Shown here piece by piece: positions 1 through 7,529 of a stretch of DNA of 35,454 nt. The position numbers and the translations under genes were made by a program. This stretch comes from a virus (Duplodnaviria > Caudoviricetes): IMG/VR virus record IMGVR_UViG_3300050150_000054, positions 1-35,454 of that record; one strand, given 5' to 3'. Within the stretch, counting starts at the first letter, position 1; each line of letters begins with the position of its first letter. The notes below the pieces were generated by a model. The model did not search any database. It saw only the letters and a list, made by a program, of their open reading frames with translations, and was not told the origin of the DNA.

Positions 1-476
1 CATCTATCCCCGAAGGATTTAATCCTACCGTGGGTGGTAGCCTCGATTTGAGGGGGCTAACATCTATCCCCGAAGGATTTAATCCAACAGTAGGCGGTGG
101 CCTCTATTTGAGTGGTCTAACATCCATCCCTGAAGGCTTTAATCCAACAGTAGGCGGTAGCCTCTATTTGAGAGGGCTAACATCCATCCCTGAAGGCTTT
201 AATCCTACCGTGGGTGGTAGCCTCTATTTGAGTGATCTAACATCCATCCCTGAAGGCTTTAATCCAACAGTAGGCGGTAGCCTCTATTTGAGTGATCTAA
301 CATCCATCCCTGAAGGCTTTAATCCAACAGTAGGCGGTGACCTCGATTTGAGTGGTCTAACATCTATCCCCGAAGGATTTAATCCAACAGTAGGCGGTGG
401 CCTCTATTTGAGTGGTCTAACATCCATCCCTGAAGGCTTTAATCCTACCGTGGGTGGTAGCCTCTATTTGAGGGGC
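1..476 (+). repeat. 60-bp tandem repeat array (8 units, first one partial) encoding 20-aa LTSIPEGFNPTVGGxLxLxx units
   Basis: The 60-nt periodicity is directly visible; units start CTAACATC at 57, 117 ... 417. Confidence 0.98.
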
Positions 477-962
477 AATTTAAAATCAAAAAAGAAGCCG
501 CTTCCAGATGGATTTCATGCAAGCCTTGAATTATTAATTGAGATTAAATTCAATGCAAGAGGATTTACCATTGCAGATGGTATTTTAGCTAAAATTATTC
601 AATCAAAGAAAAACCTTAAAAAAATTATTATTGTGGGTAAAAAAGAAATTTCATGGCTTGCAAGTGATGAAAAAGGAAATTATGCACATGGGAAAACATC
701 ATCAGAAGCAGTTGCTGAATTATCCTTTAAATTAGCTGATAAAGGTGATTTATCGGATTTATACAATATGCCATTAGATATGATTAAAACACCTATGGAA
801 TGGGGATATATCTATCGTCGCGCAACAGGGGCGTGTCAACAAGGCACTGATAATTTTAAATCTATGAATGTTAAAAAAGAAAAATACACATTGCGTGAAA
901 TTTTAGATGCAACTAAAGGCGCGTTTGGTCATGAACAGTTTAAGAAAGTTGTAGGTGTATAA
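1..962 (+). CDS. 3' part of an LRR-like tandem-repeat protein with a conserved phage C-terminal domain; the 5' part is at 35005-35454
   Basis: The frame is open from position 3 to TAA at 960-962, so the ORF-track start at 30 is an internal GTG. The C-terminus has AHGxT..EA..L.FK and YR..TGAC..G motifs that I recall following repeats in other phage proteins. Confidence 0.85.
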   Translation, partial: SIPEGFNPTVGGSLDLRGLTSIPEGFNPTVGGGLYLSGLTSIPEGFNPTVGGSLYLRGLTSIPEGFNPTVGGSLYLSDLTSIPEGFNPTVGGSLYLSDLTSIPEGFNPTVGGDLDLSGLTSIPEGFNPTVGGGLYLSGLTSIPEGFNPTVGGSLYLRGNLKSKKKPLPDGFHASLELLIEIKFNARGFTIADGILAKIIQSKKNLKKIIIVGKKEISWLASDEKGNYAHGKTSSEAVAELSFKLADKGDLSDLYNMPLDMIKTPMEWGYIYRRATGACQQGTDNFKSMNVKKEKYTLREILDATKGAFGHEQFKKVVGV

Positions 963-1102
963 TGACTTACGCCACAAAACGAAACAACCGAATTAGGCTG
1001 TCCAGATATATCGGATGGGCAACTGTAGCCGCATTAATATTATGCGGTGGATATATTGGACTAAAAAAACAAGAGCGATTTTATATTGAAAGGAATGTGT
1101 AA
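962..1102 (+). CDS. 46-aa single-TM membrane protein (MTYATKRNNRIRLSRYIGWATVAALILCGGYIGLKKQERFYIERNV)
   Basis: Translated by hand. It has TAATG overlaps with both neighbours and a hydrophobic core. Confidence 0.7.
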   Translation: MTYATKRNNRIRLSRYIGWATVAALILCGGYIGLKKQERFYIERNV

Positions 1103-2481
1103 TGGATTATCAGGAGTTTTTAAAACAAAAGTCTATTATATTGCCGCCAACTGGAATTGAACCACCAAAATTAAGTGATAGTCTTTTTGATTTTCAAAGA
1201 GATATTGTTTCATGGGCTTTGAAGCGCGGACGCTCTGCTATATTTGCAGGGACTGGGCTAGGCAAATCATTCCAAGAATTATCATGGGCAAACGCGCTAT
1301 ATGAGACGGAAGGGGTCAGAACGCTTATATTTACTCCGTTAGCAGTTGCGGCGCAAATGAAGCGTGAGGCTGATAAGTTTGGTATTGATTGCGCCCATGT
1401 TCATAACCAAGATGAAAGTAATAGCCCTATTTTAATTACAAACTACCAAAAAATTGATTATTTTGATTTATCAAAGTTTGATGCAGTTGTGTTAGATGAA
1501 AGCTCTATTCTTAAAAATCAATCTGGTCATTATCGGACAAAATTAATTGATGCGACAAAAAATACAAAGTTTAAACTTGCGGCAACTGCTACGCCAAGCC
1601 CTAATGATTACATGGAACTGGGAAACCATGCAGAGTTTACTGGCATCATGTCATACACCGATATGCTTTCAACTTTTTTTGTCCATGATGCGGCAAACAC
1701 TCAAGAATGGCGTTTAAAAGGCCATGCGGAAAGTGAGTTCTGGAAGTGGATGGCAAGCTGGTCTGTTATGTTGAAAAATCCTTCTGACATTGGATATGAC
1801 GGCGCACGGTATAATCTTCCTAAACTTCATCAAATACAGCATACGGTCAAAGCAGAATACGCGCCAAATGTTGACACTGGGCTTTTATTTCCAATGGAAG
1901 CGCAAAGTATGGGGGAAAGACTTGCGGCAAGACGGGCAACGATTGATGATAGAGTTAAAAAAGCGGCTGAAATTGTTAATTCAAAACGTGATGAATGCTG
2001 GGTCGTATGGTGCAATCTTAATGATGAAAGCGCAATGTTAGAAAAAATTATTCCTGATAGCGTCCAGATTGTAGGGAGTATGAATGAGGATAAAAAAGAG
2101 CAAATTTTAGAAGATTTTGCAAATGGTAATATCCGAGTTCTTATATCAAAGCCGTCATTAACTGGATTTGGCATGAATTGGCAACACTGCAATCATACTT
2201 GTTTTGTCGGATTAAATGACAGCTTCGAGCAAATTTATCAAGCTGTTAGAAGATTTTGGCGTTTTGGACAAACGAAAGAAGTTTACGCTCATTTTATTGC
2301 GTCTGAAATTGAGGGGGCAGTCGTGAATAATATTAAACGAAAAGAACAACAATGCGAACACATGATGCAACAAATGGTTAAGCACATGGCAGACTTGAAC
2401 GCCGCCAATATTAGAGGGGCAGTGAGAGACACCGCAAGTTACTTACCACAAGATAAAATTCAATTACCAAGTTTCATATAG
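1102..2481 (+). CDS. SNF2-like superfamily 2 helicase/ATPase (methyltransferase-associated)
   Basis: Walker A GTGLGKS, DESS, ATATP and C-terminal QAVRRFWRFGQ. Confidence 0.9.
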   Translation: MDYQEFLKQKSIILPPTGIEPPKLSDSLFDFQRDIVSWALKRGRSAIFAGTGLGKSFQELSWANALYETEGVRTLIFTPLAVAAQMKREADKFGIDCAHVHNQDESNSPILITNYQKIDYFDLSKFDAVVLDESSILKNQSGHYRTKLIDATKNTKFKLAATATPSPNDYMELGNHAEFTGIMSYTDMLSTFFVHDAANTQEWRLKGHAESEFWKWMASWSVMLKNPSDIGYDGARYNLPKLHQIQHTVKAEYAPNVDTGLLFPMEAQSMGERLAARRATIDDRVKKAAEIVNSKRDECWVVWCNLNDESAMLEKIIPDSVQIVGSMNEDKKEQILEDFANGNIRVLISKPSLTGFGMNWQHCNHTCFVGLNDSFEQIYQAVRRFWRFGQTKEVYAHFIASEIEGAVVNNIKRKEQQCEHMMQQMVKHMADLNAANIRGAVRDTASYLPQDKIQLPSFI

Positions 2482-2490
2482 GAGAGAAAA

Positions 2491-3438
2491 ATGAACAATG
2501 TAATCAATCAAATTGTAAACGAAAACTATGCTATTTATGAGGGTGATAGTTGTGAGATTATGCCATCACTTCCAAGCGAATCAATTGGCTATTCTTTACA
2601 TTCACCACCATTCGAAGGGCTTTATAAGTTTTCTAATTCTGACAGAGATGTTTCAAATTCAAGTGGCGATGATTTTTATAAGCATTATGGGTTTATTATT
2701 GAAGAACTATTCCGCATAACAAAAACAGGTCGACTTGCAAGCGTTCACTGTATGCAGTTGCCAACCAGTATAACACGCGATGGGTTTATTGGGATGCGTG
2801 ATTTTAGGGGTGAAATTGTAAGGTTATTTCAATCAAAAGGATGGGTTTTTCATTCCGAGGTTTGTATTTGGAAAGACCCTGTAGTTGCACAACAAAGAAC
2901 AAAATCAATTCGTCTGCTTCATAAGCAAGTGACTAAAGACGCTTCTATTTCTGGGCAAGGGCTTGCTGATTATATTTTAACATTCCGCAAGGTTGGAAAA
3001 AATCAAGATCCAGTCGCAGGGATGTTTGAATACTACATTGGGGAAGGAAACGCGCCAGAACCAATTGAGAGCCGATTAAAACGTCAAAATGAAGAAGATG
3101 CTAAAAAATGGTATTCAATCGAAGTTTGGCAACGATACGCAAGTCCAGTTTGGATGGATATTAGCCAATCAAGAACGCTTCAATATCGTGGTGGACGTGA
3201 TGAAAAAGATGAACAGCATATAAGCCCGTTACAACTTGATGTGATTGAGCGTTGCATTCATTTATGGTCAAACCCTAATGACGTTGTATTTACACCATTC
3301 CTTGGTATTGGCAGTGAGGTTTATGGTGCGGTTGAATTAGGTCGTAAAGGATTGGGGATTGAATTAAAGCCGACTTATTTTAAACAGGCGGTTAAAAACC
3401 TAAGCGAATTAAAATTAAACAGTGAACGATTGATTTAA
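2491..3438 (+). CDS. DNA N4-cytosine/N6-adenine methyltransferase (beta-class motif order)
   Basis: Catalytic SPPF near the N-terminus, SAM-binding VVFTPFLGIGSE and GIELK near the C-terminus, RBS AGGAG at 2480. Confidence 0.92.
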   Translation: MNNVINQIVNENYAIYEGDSCEIMPSLPSESIGYSLHSPPFEGLYKFSNSDRDVSNSSGDDFYKHYGFIIEELFRITKTGRLASVHCMQLPTSITRDGFIGMRDFRGEIVRLFQSKGWVFHSEVCIWKDPVVAQQRTKSIRLLHKQVTKDASISGQGLADYILTFRKVGKNQDPVAGMFEYYIGEGNAPEPIESRLKRQNEEDAKKWYSIEVWQRYASPVWMDISQSRTLQYRGGRDEKDEQHISPLQLDVIERCIHLWSNPNDVVFTPFLGIGSEVYGAVELGRKGLGIELKPTYFKQAVKNLSELKLNSERLI

Positions 3439-3443
3439 CAAGT

Positions 3444-3519
3444 TTTAGGGGAAGGATTTTAGATTTATTTTTTAACCAATGTTAAAAGATATTTTCTGAA
3501 TTGGATACCTTCCCCTAAA
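3444..3519 (+). other. Long imperfect intergenic RNA hairpin
   Basis: Perfect 12-bp outer arms TTTAGGGGAAGG/CCTTCCCCTAAA and an inner stem TTTTAAC-CAAT-GTTAAAA. Confidence 0.75.
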
Positions 3520-3538
3520 TATTTTAAAGGAGAATAAA

Positions 3539-3664
3539 ATGCAAACAATTGATTTAACGACACATATTTTAGACCGCCACAAGCCTGATTTTTGGCTTTA
3601 CTATTTTAACGCAGAACCATCGAATGATGATGATAATGTTATATATATGGGGGTGTCAAAATGA
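3539..3664 (+). CDS. 41-aa hypothetical protein (MQTIDLTTHILDRHKPDFWLYYF...)
   Basis: Strong AAGGAG RBS and an ATGA overlap with the next ORF. Confidence 0.6.
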   Translation: MQTIDLTTHILDRHKPDFWLYYFNAEPSNDDDNVIYMGVSK

Positions 3665-3729
3665 CCAGTGTAATGGATAAAATCTACGAAGAACAATTTA
3701 ATACATACAAACCAAAGGTGAGAAAATGA
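3661..3729 (+). CDS. 22-aa peptide MTSVMDKIYEEQFNTYKPKVRK
   Basis: ATGA overlaps at both ends suggest translational coupling. Confidence 0.45.
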   Translation: MTSVMDKIYEEQFNTYKPKVRK

Positions 3730-4262
3730 AACTAACAGAACAAATTAGAAAAACAATTGCGCTTACTGCGACGACTGAACAATTTAAAGAAACTGCAGAA
3801 AAATTTAATAATGAGGAACATGAAATAGCAATGGAATTGTATCATTCATTATATGATGAAAAATTGCTTAAAAAAATAAACAAAGTTCCTGAAGAATGGT
3901 TGCGAATGGATAAATGCTTGCGGTTAAATTGTGGAGGATATGATTTAACATTTTCAGTTAAAAAACCCGTTCCAGTTCCCTATGCAACGCATTGCGCTAG
4001 GCTTGGTGTTATTACAGGAGACCTTGCGGAAAAAGCACAGGGTTTTGCAAATAGAAAAAAATATGAAAGGGAAAAATCTAAAAAAGCGTACAATCTTTTA
4101 TTATCAATTTTATCTTCGGTTACAACATTTAAAAAACTAGAAGAAGTTTGGCCTGAAGGTAAAAAGTTTTATTCGGGTTATCTTGATAAAAAAGGCAATG
4201 AGTATCAAGTTCCGACTATTCAAATTGATGAGATTAACAAAATGTTAGGATTAAAAAAATGA
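3726..4262 (+). CDS. Nmad5-like (nucleotide modification associated domain 5) protein
   Basis: MKLT..IR N-terminus, SVTTFKKLEEVWPE and a C-terminal INKMLGL match the family pattern from memory. Confidence 0.7.
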   Translation: MKLTEQIRKTIALTATTEQFKETAEKFNNEEHEIAMELYHSLYDEKLLKKINKVPEEWLRMDKCLRLNCGGYDLTFSVKKPVPVPYATHCARLGVITGDLAEKAQGFANRKKYEREKSKKAYNLLLSILSSVTTFKKLEEVWPEGKKFYSGYLDKKGNEYQVPTIQIDEINKMLGLKK

Positions 4263-4471
4263 CAAAAACTGAATTTTATAAATGGCGCAAGAAAGCGGGT
4301 ATTCCTCAAGTAAGTGCGGGTAAGATATGCGACAAGTCAGAACGTCATATAACACGGTACGAAGCAGGGGAATATATGCCTAGCCCCGCTGAAATATCCG
4401 CGCTTATGGTGTTAGCTGGGTGGCCTATAGAAAAAATAAAAAAATATTTGCAAAACGCTATTGACACATAG
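4259..4471 (+). CDS. XRE/Cro-like helix-turn-helix protein
   Basis: WRKKAGIPQ..AG..CDKSERHITRYEAGEYMPS fits the HTH_3 pattern. Confidence 0.8.
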   Translation: MTKTEFYKWRKKAGIPQVSAGKICDKSERHITRYEAGEYMPSPAEISALMVLAGWPIEKIKKYLQNAIDT

Positions 4472-4489
4472 CCATGATGTCTATATAAA
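4461..4489 (+). promoter_or_regulatory. Sigma70-type early promoter (twin of 34538)
   Basis: TTGACA-17 nt-TATAAA, followed by RBS ACGAAGGAGA at 4498-4507 and ATG at 4512. Confidence 0.85.
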
Positions 4490-4511
4490 TTAGAACAACG
4501 AAGGAGAAATC

Positions 4512-4811
4512 ATGAAACAAGAAACCGAATTAGTTAGCTACCTAGATGAAGTTGTTGCCGTAGTTGAAAAACGCAATGTTGACGATGCGGTCAATGACTT
4601 TAAAAAGTTGCGTGATATTATCAATACCGCTTGTGTATCTTTATACGTTGCCAATCAAAAGAACATACTTGGCGCAAAAGAATTGGGCGAGATGATTGGC
4701 GGTATGCACATTGACATGACAAATTTAATTGAACAACTTGAGGGTAAGTTTGATGATGGAGTAAATGCGATGCCAGATAACCATTCTAAGGCTTCGACTG
4801 GGTGTAAGTAA
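4512..4811 (+). CDS. Hypothetical early protein
   Basis: ORF with its own promoter and a strong RBS. Confidence 0.75.
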   Translation: MKQETELVSYLDEVVAVVEKRNVDDAVNDFKKLRDIINTACVSLYVANQKNILGAKELGEMIGGMHIDMTNLIEQLEGKFDDGVNAMPDNHSKASTGCK

Positions 4812-4826
4812 TTGCGTAAACTGTTA

Positions 4827-4854
4827 GCCGTGGGGAATACAACGGCGATTTTTT
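4827..4854 (+). terminator. Possible weak intrinsic terminator
   Basis: GCCGT/ACGGC stem followed by GATTTTTT. Confidence 0.4.
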
Positions 4855-4875
4855 AAAAACCAAGAGGAAAAATAA

Positions 4876-5178
4876 ATGATAACCGTTGAAACAGCGACAG
4901 ACATCGCGCTCACTCATAGAGACATAAAAGTTGCGATCGAGCTTTTATCTGACATCGAAAAGGAAATCGAAAAAGGACAAAATGAGCCATCAGATATTAG
5001 GGATAATTTCGGGAGAAGGGTTGGATATTTAGATCTTGGCGTTCCGAGTGGCAACAGCTCAAGACGTCTTTTCCAAGTTGATTGGTGTTTAGCAAAGCCA
5101 GTGATTGAGGCTCATATAGCCAAATTGAAATCAGAACTTTCTGCGCTCAATCAAAAAGCTTTATTTGAAGCTGGATAA
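4876..5178 (+). CDS. Hypothetical protein
   Basis: ORF with GAGGA RBS in operon context. Confidence 0.7.
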   Translation: MITVETATDIALTHRDIKVAIELLSDIEKEIEKGQNEPSDIRDNFGRRVGYLDLGVPSGNSSRRLFQVDWCLAKPVIEAHIAKLKSELSALNQKALFEAG

Positions 5179-5182
5179 TAAC

Positions 5183-5671
5183 ATGACAGACACAAGCGAT
5201 TTTTTAAAGGAGAGAGAAATGTTTTACGAAGAAAAATTTATTGATGGCGTTTGGTATTGCCGCACTAAGCCATATGGTGAGTGGATAGTAAGAGATGCTC
5301 CAAACCCAACCCCCCAAGATTTTATTGAAGCGGCTAATGCGTTGCAGGATGTTGCGCAAGTAACAAAAACGCATGAAAATGTTAGTTGCGCGAATTTAAC
5401 TAACGCAGAGTTACTTGCCGAGGCGGTGAATAGGATACCAAAATTATCTAACTATGTTATCGTTAAAGGACGAACAACGGTTGATTTATCTATAGCGGTT
5501 AAACGCCGTTTAGAGGATGGATGGGTTACGCTGGGCGGTGTAAGTAGTGTGATTGAAACAATTCCTGTTGAACCACCGCGTGGGCTATTTCATATTAACA
5601 AACGCCCTGAACCAAAAACTAAAGATGTAATTGTATTTATTCAAGCGATGGGTATGCTACACCAGAAATGA
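5183..5671 (+). CDS. Hypothetical protein with C-terminal DUF1737-like domain (start may be 5183 or 5219)
   Basis: Pattern YVIVKG....LSIAVKRRLEDGWVTLGGVS...FIQAM. The RBS AAGGAG at 5207 favours the ATG at 5219. Confidence 0.6.
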   Translation: MTDTSDFLKEREMFYEEKFIDGVWYCRTKPYGEWIVRDAPNPTPQDFIEAANALQDVAQVTKTHENVSCANLTNAELLAEAVNRIPKLSNYVIVKGRTTVDLSIAVKRRLEDGWVTLGGVSSVIETIPVEPPRGLFHINKRPEPKTKDVIVFIQAMGMLHQK

Positions 5672-5799
5672 TTGAAGCTGGCATTGATTTTCTTATCAAG
5701 CACCGTGAAAAGACAAGCAACGCTGTACTTGCTGAAATGCTATTTAATGAGATGGTAAAAGTCCGCCTGCAACTCGCACGGCAGAAAGGCGGTGTATGA
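5668..5799 (+). CDS. 43-aa hypothetical protein
   Basis: Translated by hand; ATGA overlaps on both sides. Confidence 0.6.
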   Translation: MIEAGIDFLIKHREKTSNAVLAEMLFNEMVKVRLQLARQKGGV

Positions 5800-5951
5800 T
5801 GCCAGTATTTTTAGGATTTGTAATAGGGCTTTGTAGCATGGTTTTTATCATGCTTATTGACGAACGTGGAAACATAGCTGAGTGCGCAAGAAAGAATAAT
5901 GTTTTTACTTGTGAGAAAATTTATATACCTACGAAAGATGAACAAAAATGA
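5796..5951 (+). CDS. 51-aa membrane protein (MMPVFLGFVIGLCSMVFIMLIDE...)
   Basis: N-terminal hydrophobic segment and ATGA overlaps on both sides. Confidence 0.6.
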   Translation: MMPVFLGFVIGLCSMVFIMLIDERGNIAECARKNNVFTCEKIYIPTKDEQK

Positions 5952-6394
5952 CCAACCCAACAAAAGAACTTATTGCCGCGAGGGATGATTTTATAGTCGG
6001 ATGCCATGGGTGTTTAGACCCTGAAATGGAACAAACAATCCTCTCCCTCCTAGACTCCCATATCAACCCGCCTGATTTGGATGAATTGCGGATGAAATTG
6101 CAACAATCAACTTATGAGCCAGCCACTCCTTTAGATATAGCATATGTTGATGGTTACAATGCCGCAATCGACCGCCTATCCCCGCGAATTGTACGGGAGG
6201 GGTTTGTTGTTGTGCCAGAGGAGCCGACAGAGAAGCAATATATTCAATACGCAAAATCTTGCCCGCCATTCACCACATATATGTTTGATGAGGGCAAAAT
6301 ATCCGCGATATGGAGAAATCAGTCTCAGGCAGACCATGTGGAGGCTTGTAAAAAATCTTACCAAGCCATGATTGCCGCAAGTAAGGGGGATTAA
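5948..6394 (+). CDS. Hypothetical phage protein with a VVVPxEPT...YQAMIAA motif
   Basis: Motif recurrent in phage early-region proteins; coupled start. Confidence 0.7.
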   Translation: MTNPTKELIAARDDFIVGCHGCLDPEMEQTILSLLDSHINPPDLDELRMKLQQSTYEPATPLDIAYVDGYNAAIDRLSPRIVREGFVVVPEEPTEKQYIQYAKSCPPFTTYMFDEGKISAIWRNQSQADHVEACKKSYQAMIAASKGD

Positions 6395-6395
6395 A

Positions 6396-6587
6396 ATGAC
6401 AGATAAGAAATTATTTATATGCGAAGAGGTTAAGCAAGCTGTTCAGGAAACGGCAATGGGTAATATTTATAAAATAACTTACATCCCAATACGCGAATAT
6501 GACGCCACCGAAACCGAACAACTACGGAAACGGATTGACGAACTAGAAACATTTATAGAAGTTAGAGGATATGAGGTGCCGAGATGA
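6396..6587 (+). CDS. Hypothetical protein
   Basis: ATG at 6396 follows AAGGGGG; ATGA overlap downstream. Confidence 0.6.
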   Translation: MTDKKLFICEEVKQAVQETAMGNIYKITYIPIREYDATETEQLRKRIDELETFIEVRGYEVPR

Positions 6588-6793
6588 AATATATTTTAGT
6601 AGCTTTAACATGGGTTTTTTCTTTTATTGTAGTGCCTTATTTATTAATAGGTTTTGTCACATGGGAGTTTAACATCAATAAACTTTTCTCAAGTATGGTT
6701 GGTAGTGATAGGGATTTTATAATATTTCTATGGCTATTTTTTACTGTATCAACAGTACCTATTTTTATAAAGATGTTAAGGGGAGATGATTAA
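6584..6793 (+). CDS. Two-TM membrane protein
   Basis: Two hydrophobic segments and a GAGG RBS. Confidence 0.7.
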   Translation: MKYILVALTWVFSFIVVPYLLIGFVTWEFNINKLFSSMVGSDRDFIIFLWLFFTVSTVPIFIKMLRGDD

Positions 6794-7046
6794 AATGAAA
6801 ATCACAATGACCCCACCACTGCGTAACCAATTCGAACGTGCCGCAATGGAGGAGAAATATAAAGCTAGATTGATTGAATTGTTTGAGAGTGAAGTAAACG
6901 CTTTTATGGCGCATAACGAATGGTACAAAGGTAAACAATCAGTCTTTCATAGATGGCACGTATATAACCAGATAGCGCATATCGAAGCCTGTCACGGGTT
7001 ATTGCCAAGCGAAAAAAAATTAGTAAGTTTTATTGTGGAGGTTTAA
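6786..7046 (+). CDS. Hypothetical protein
   Basis: ORF in a tightly packed operon with a GGGGAG RBS. Confidence 0.65.
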   Translation: MIKMKITMTPPLRNQFERAAMEEKYKARLIELFESEVNAFMAHNEWYKGKQSVFHRWHVYNQIAHIEACHGLLPSEKKLVSFIVEV

Positions 7047-7529
7047 GTGACAAAATTTTATTGGGAAGGCGTAGAAATATATAGTTCTGCAAAACGAAAA
7101 ACAATCGCACTTGAAGAGGCTAAAAAATATTGTGTTGAAAATCATATCAACCATTGGGAATTGGTAAGTAATGCCAAAAATAAAAGGATTGTTAGTCATC
7201 GTGTTGAACTTGCGCGATATATGTATAAATTAGGATTTGGTTATCAATATATAGGCTATGCAATCAATAAAGACCATTCATGCGTTGGAAACTATTTACG
7301 CGATAAAATACCATCAATTGAAAAATATGATTTTCCTGATAATGTGATTAAAGTTGACGGTGAACAGGTTGCGGTTTTAAACTATTTTACCGTTTTACCG
7401 CATCATTATAAAAAGCAATTCTGCAATCAATTTGCTAAAAAATACAATATTAACGCATCAGGTATTAAAATTTCATATGAGAACGCAAGAAAGGATTTAC
7501 CAAAATGGAAACCATCAATGACAAAATAA
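7047..7529 (+). CDS. DnaA domain IV (Bac_DnaA_C)-like HTH protein
   Basis: ELVSNAKNKRIVSHRVELARYMYKLGFGYQYIGYAINKDHSCV resembles DnaA-IV L.S..R.R.IV..RQ.AMY.......IG..F.RDHSTV. GTG start with GGAGG RBS. Confidence 0.7.
   Translation: MTKFYWEGVEIYSSAKRKTIALEEAKKYCVENHINHWELVSNAKNKRIVSHRVELARYMYKLGFGYQYIGYAINKDHSCVGNYLRDKIPSIEKYDFPDNVIKVDGEQVAVLNYFTVLPHHYKKQFCNQFAKKYNINASGIKISYENARKDLPKWKPSMTK

Noticed and set aside
1-476. CRISPR array
   Set aside because: The units are contiguous in-frame coding repeats with no unique spacers, and there are no cas genes.
2491-3438. CcrM orthologue or restriction-modification system
   Set aside because: The SPPF motif and helicase linkage point to the phage helicase-associated MTase family, and no restriction enzyme is adjacent.
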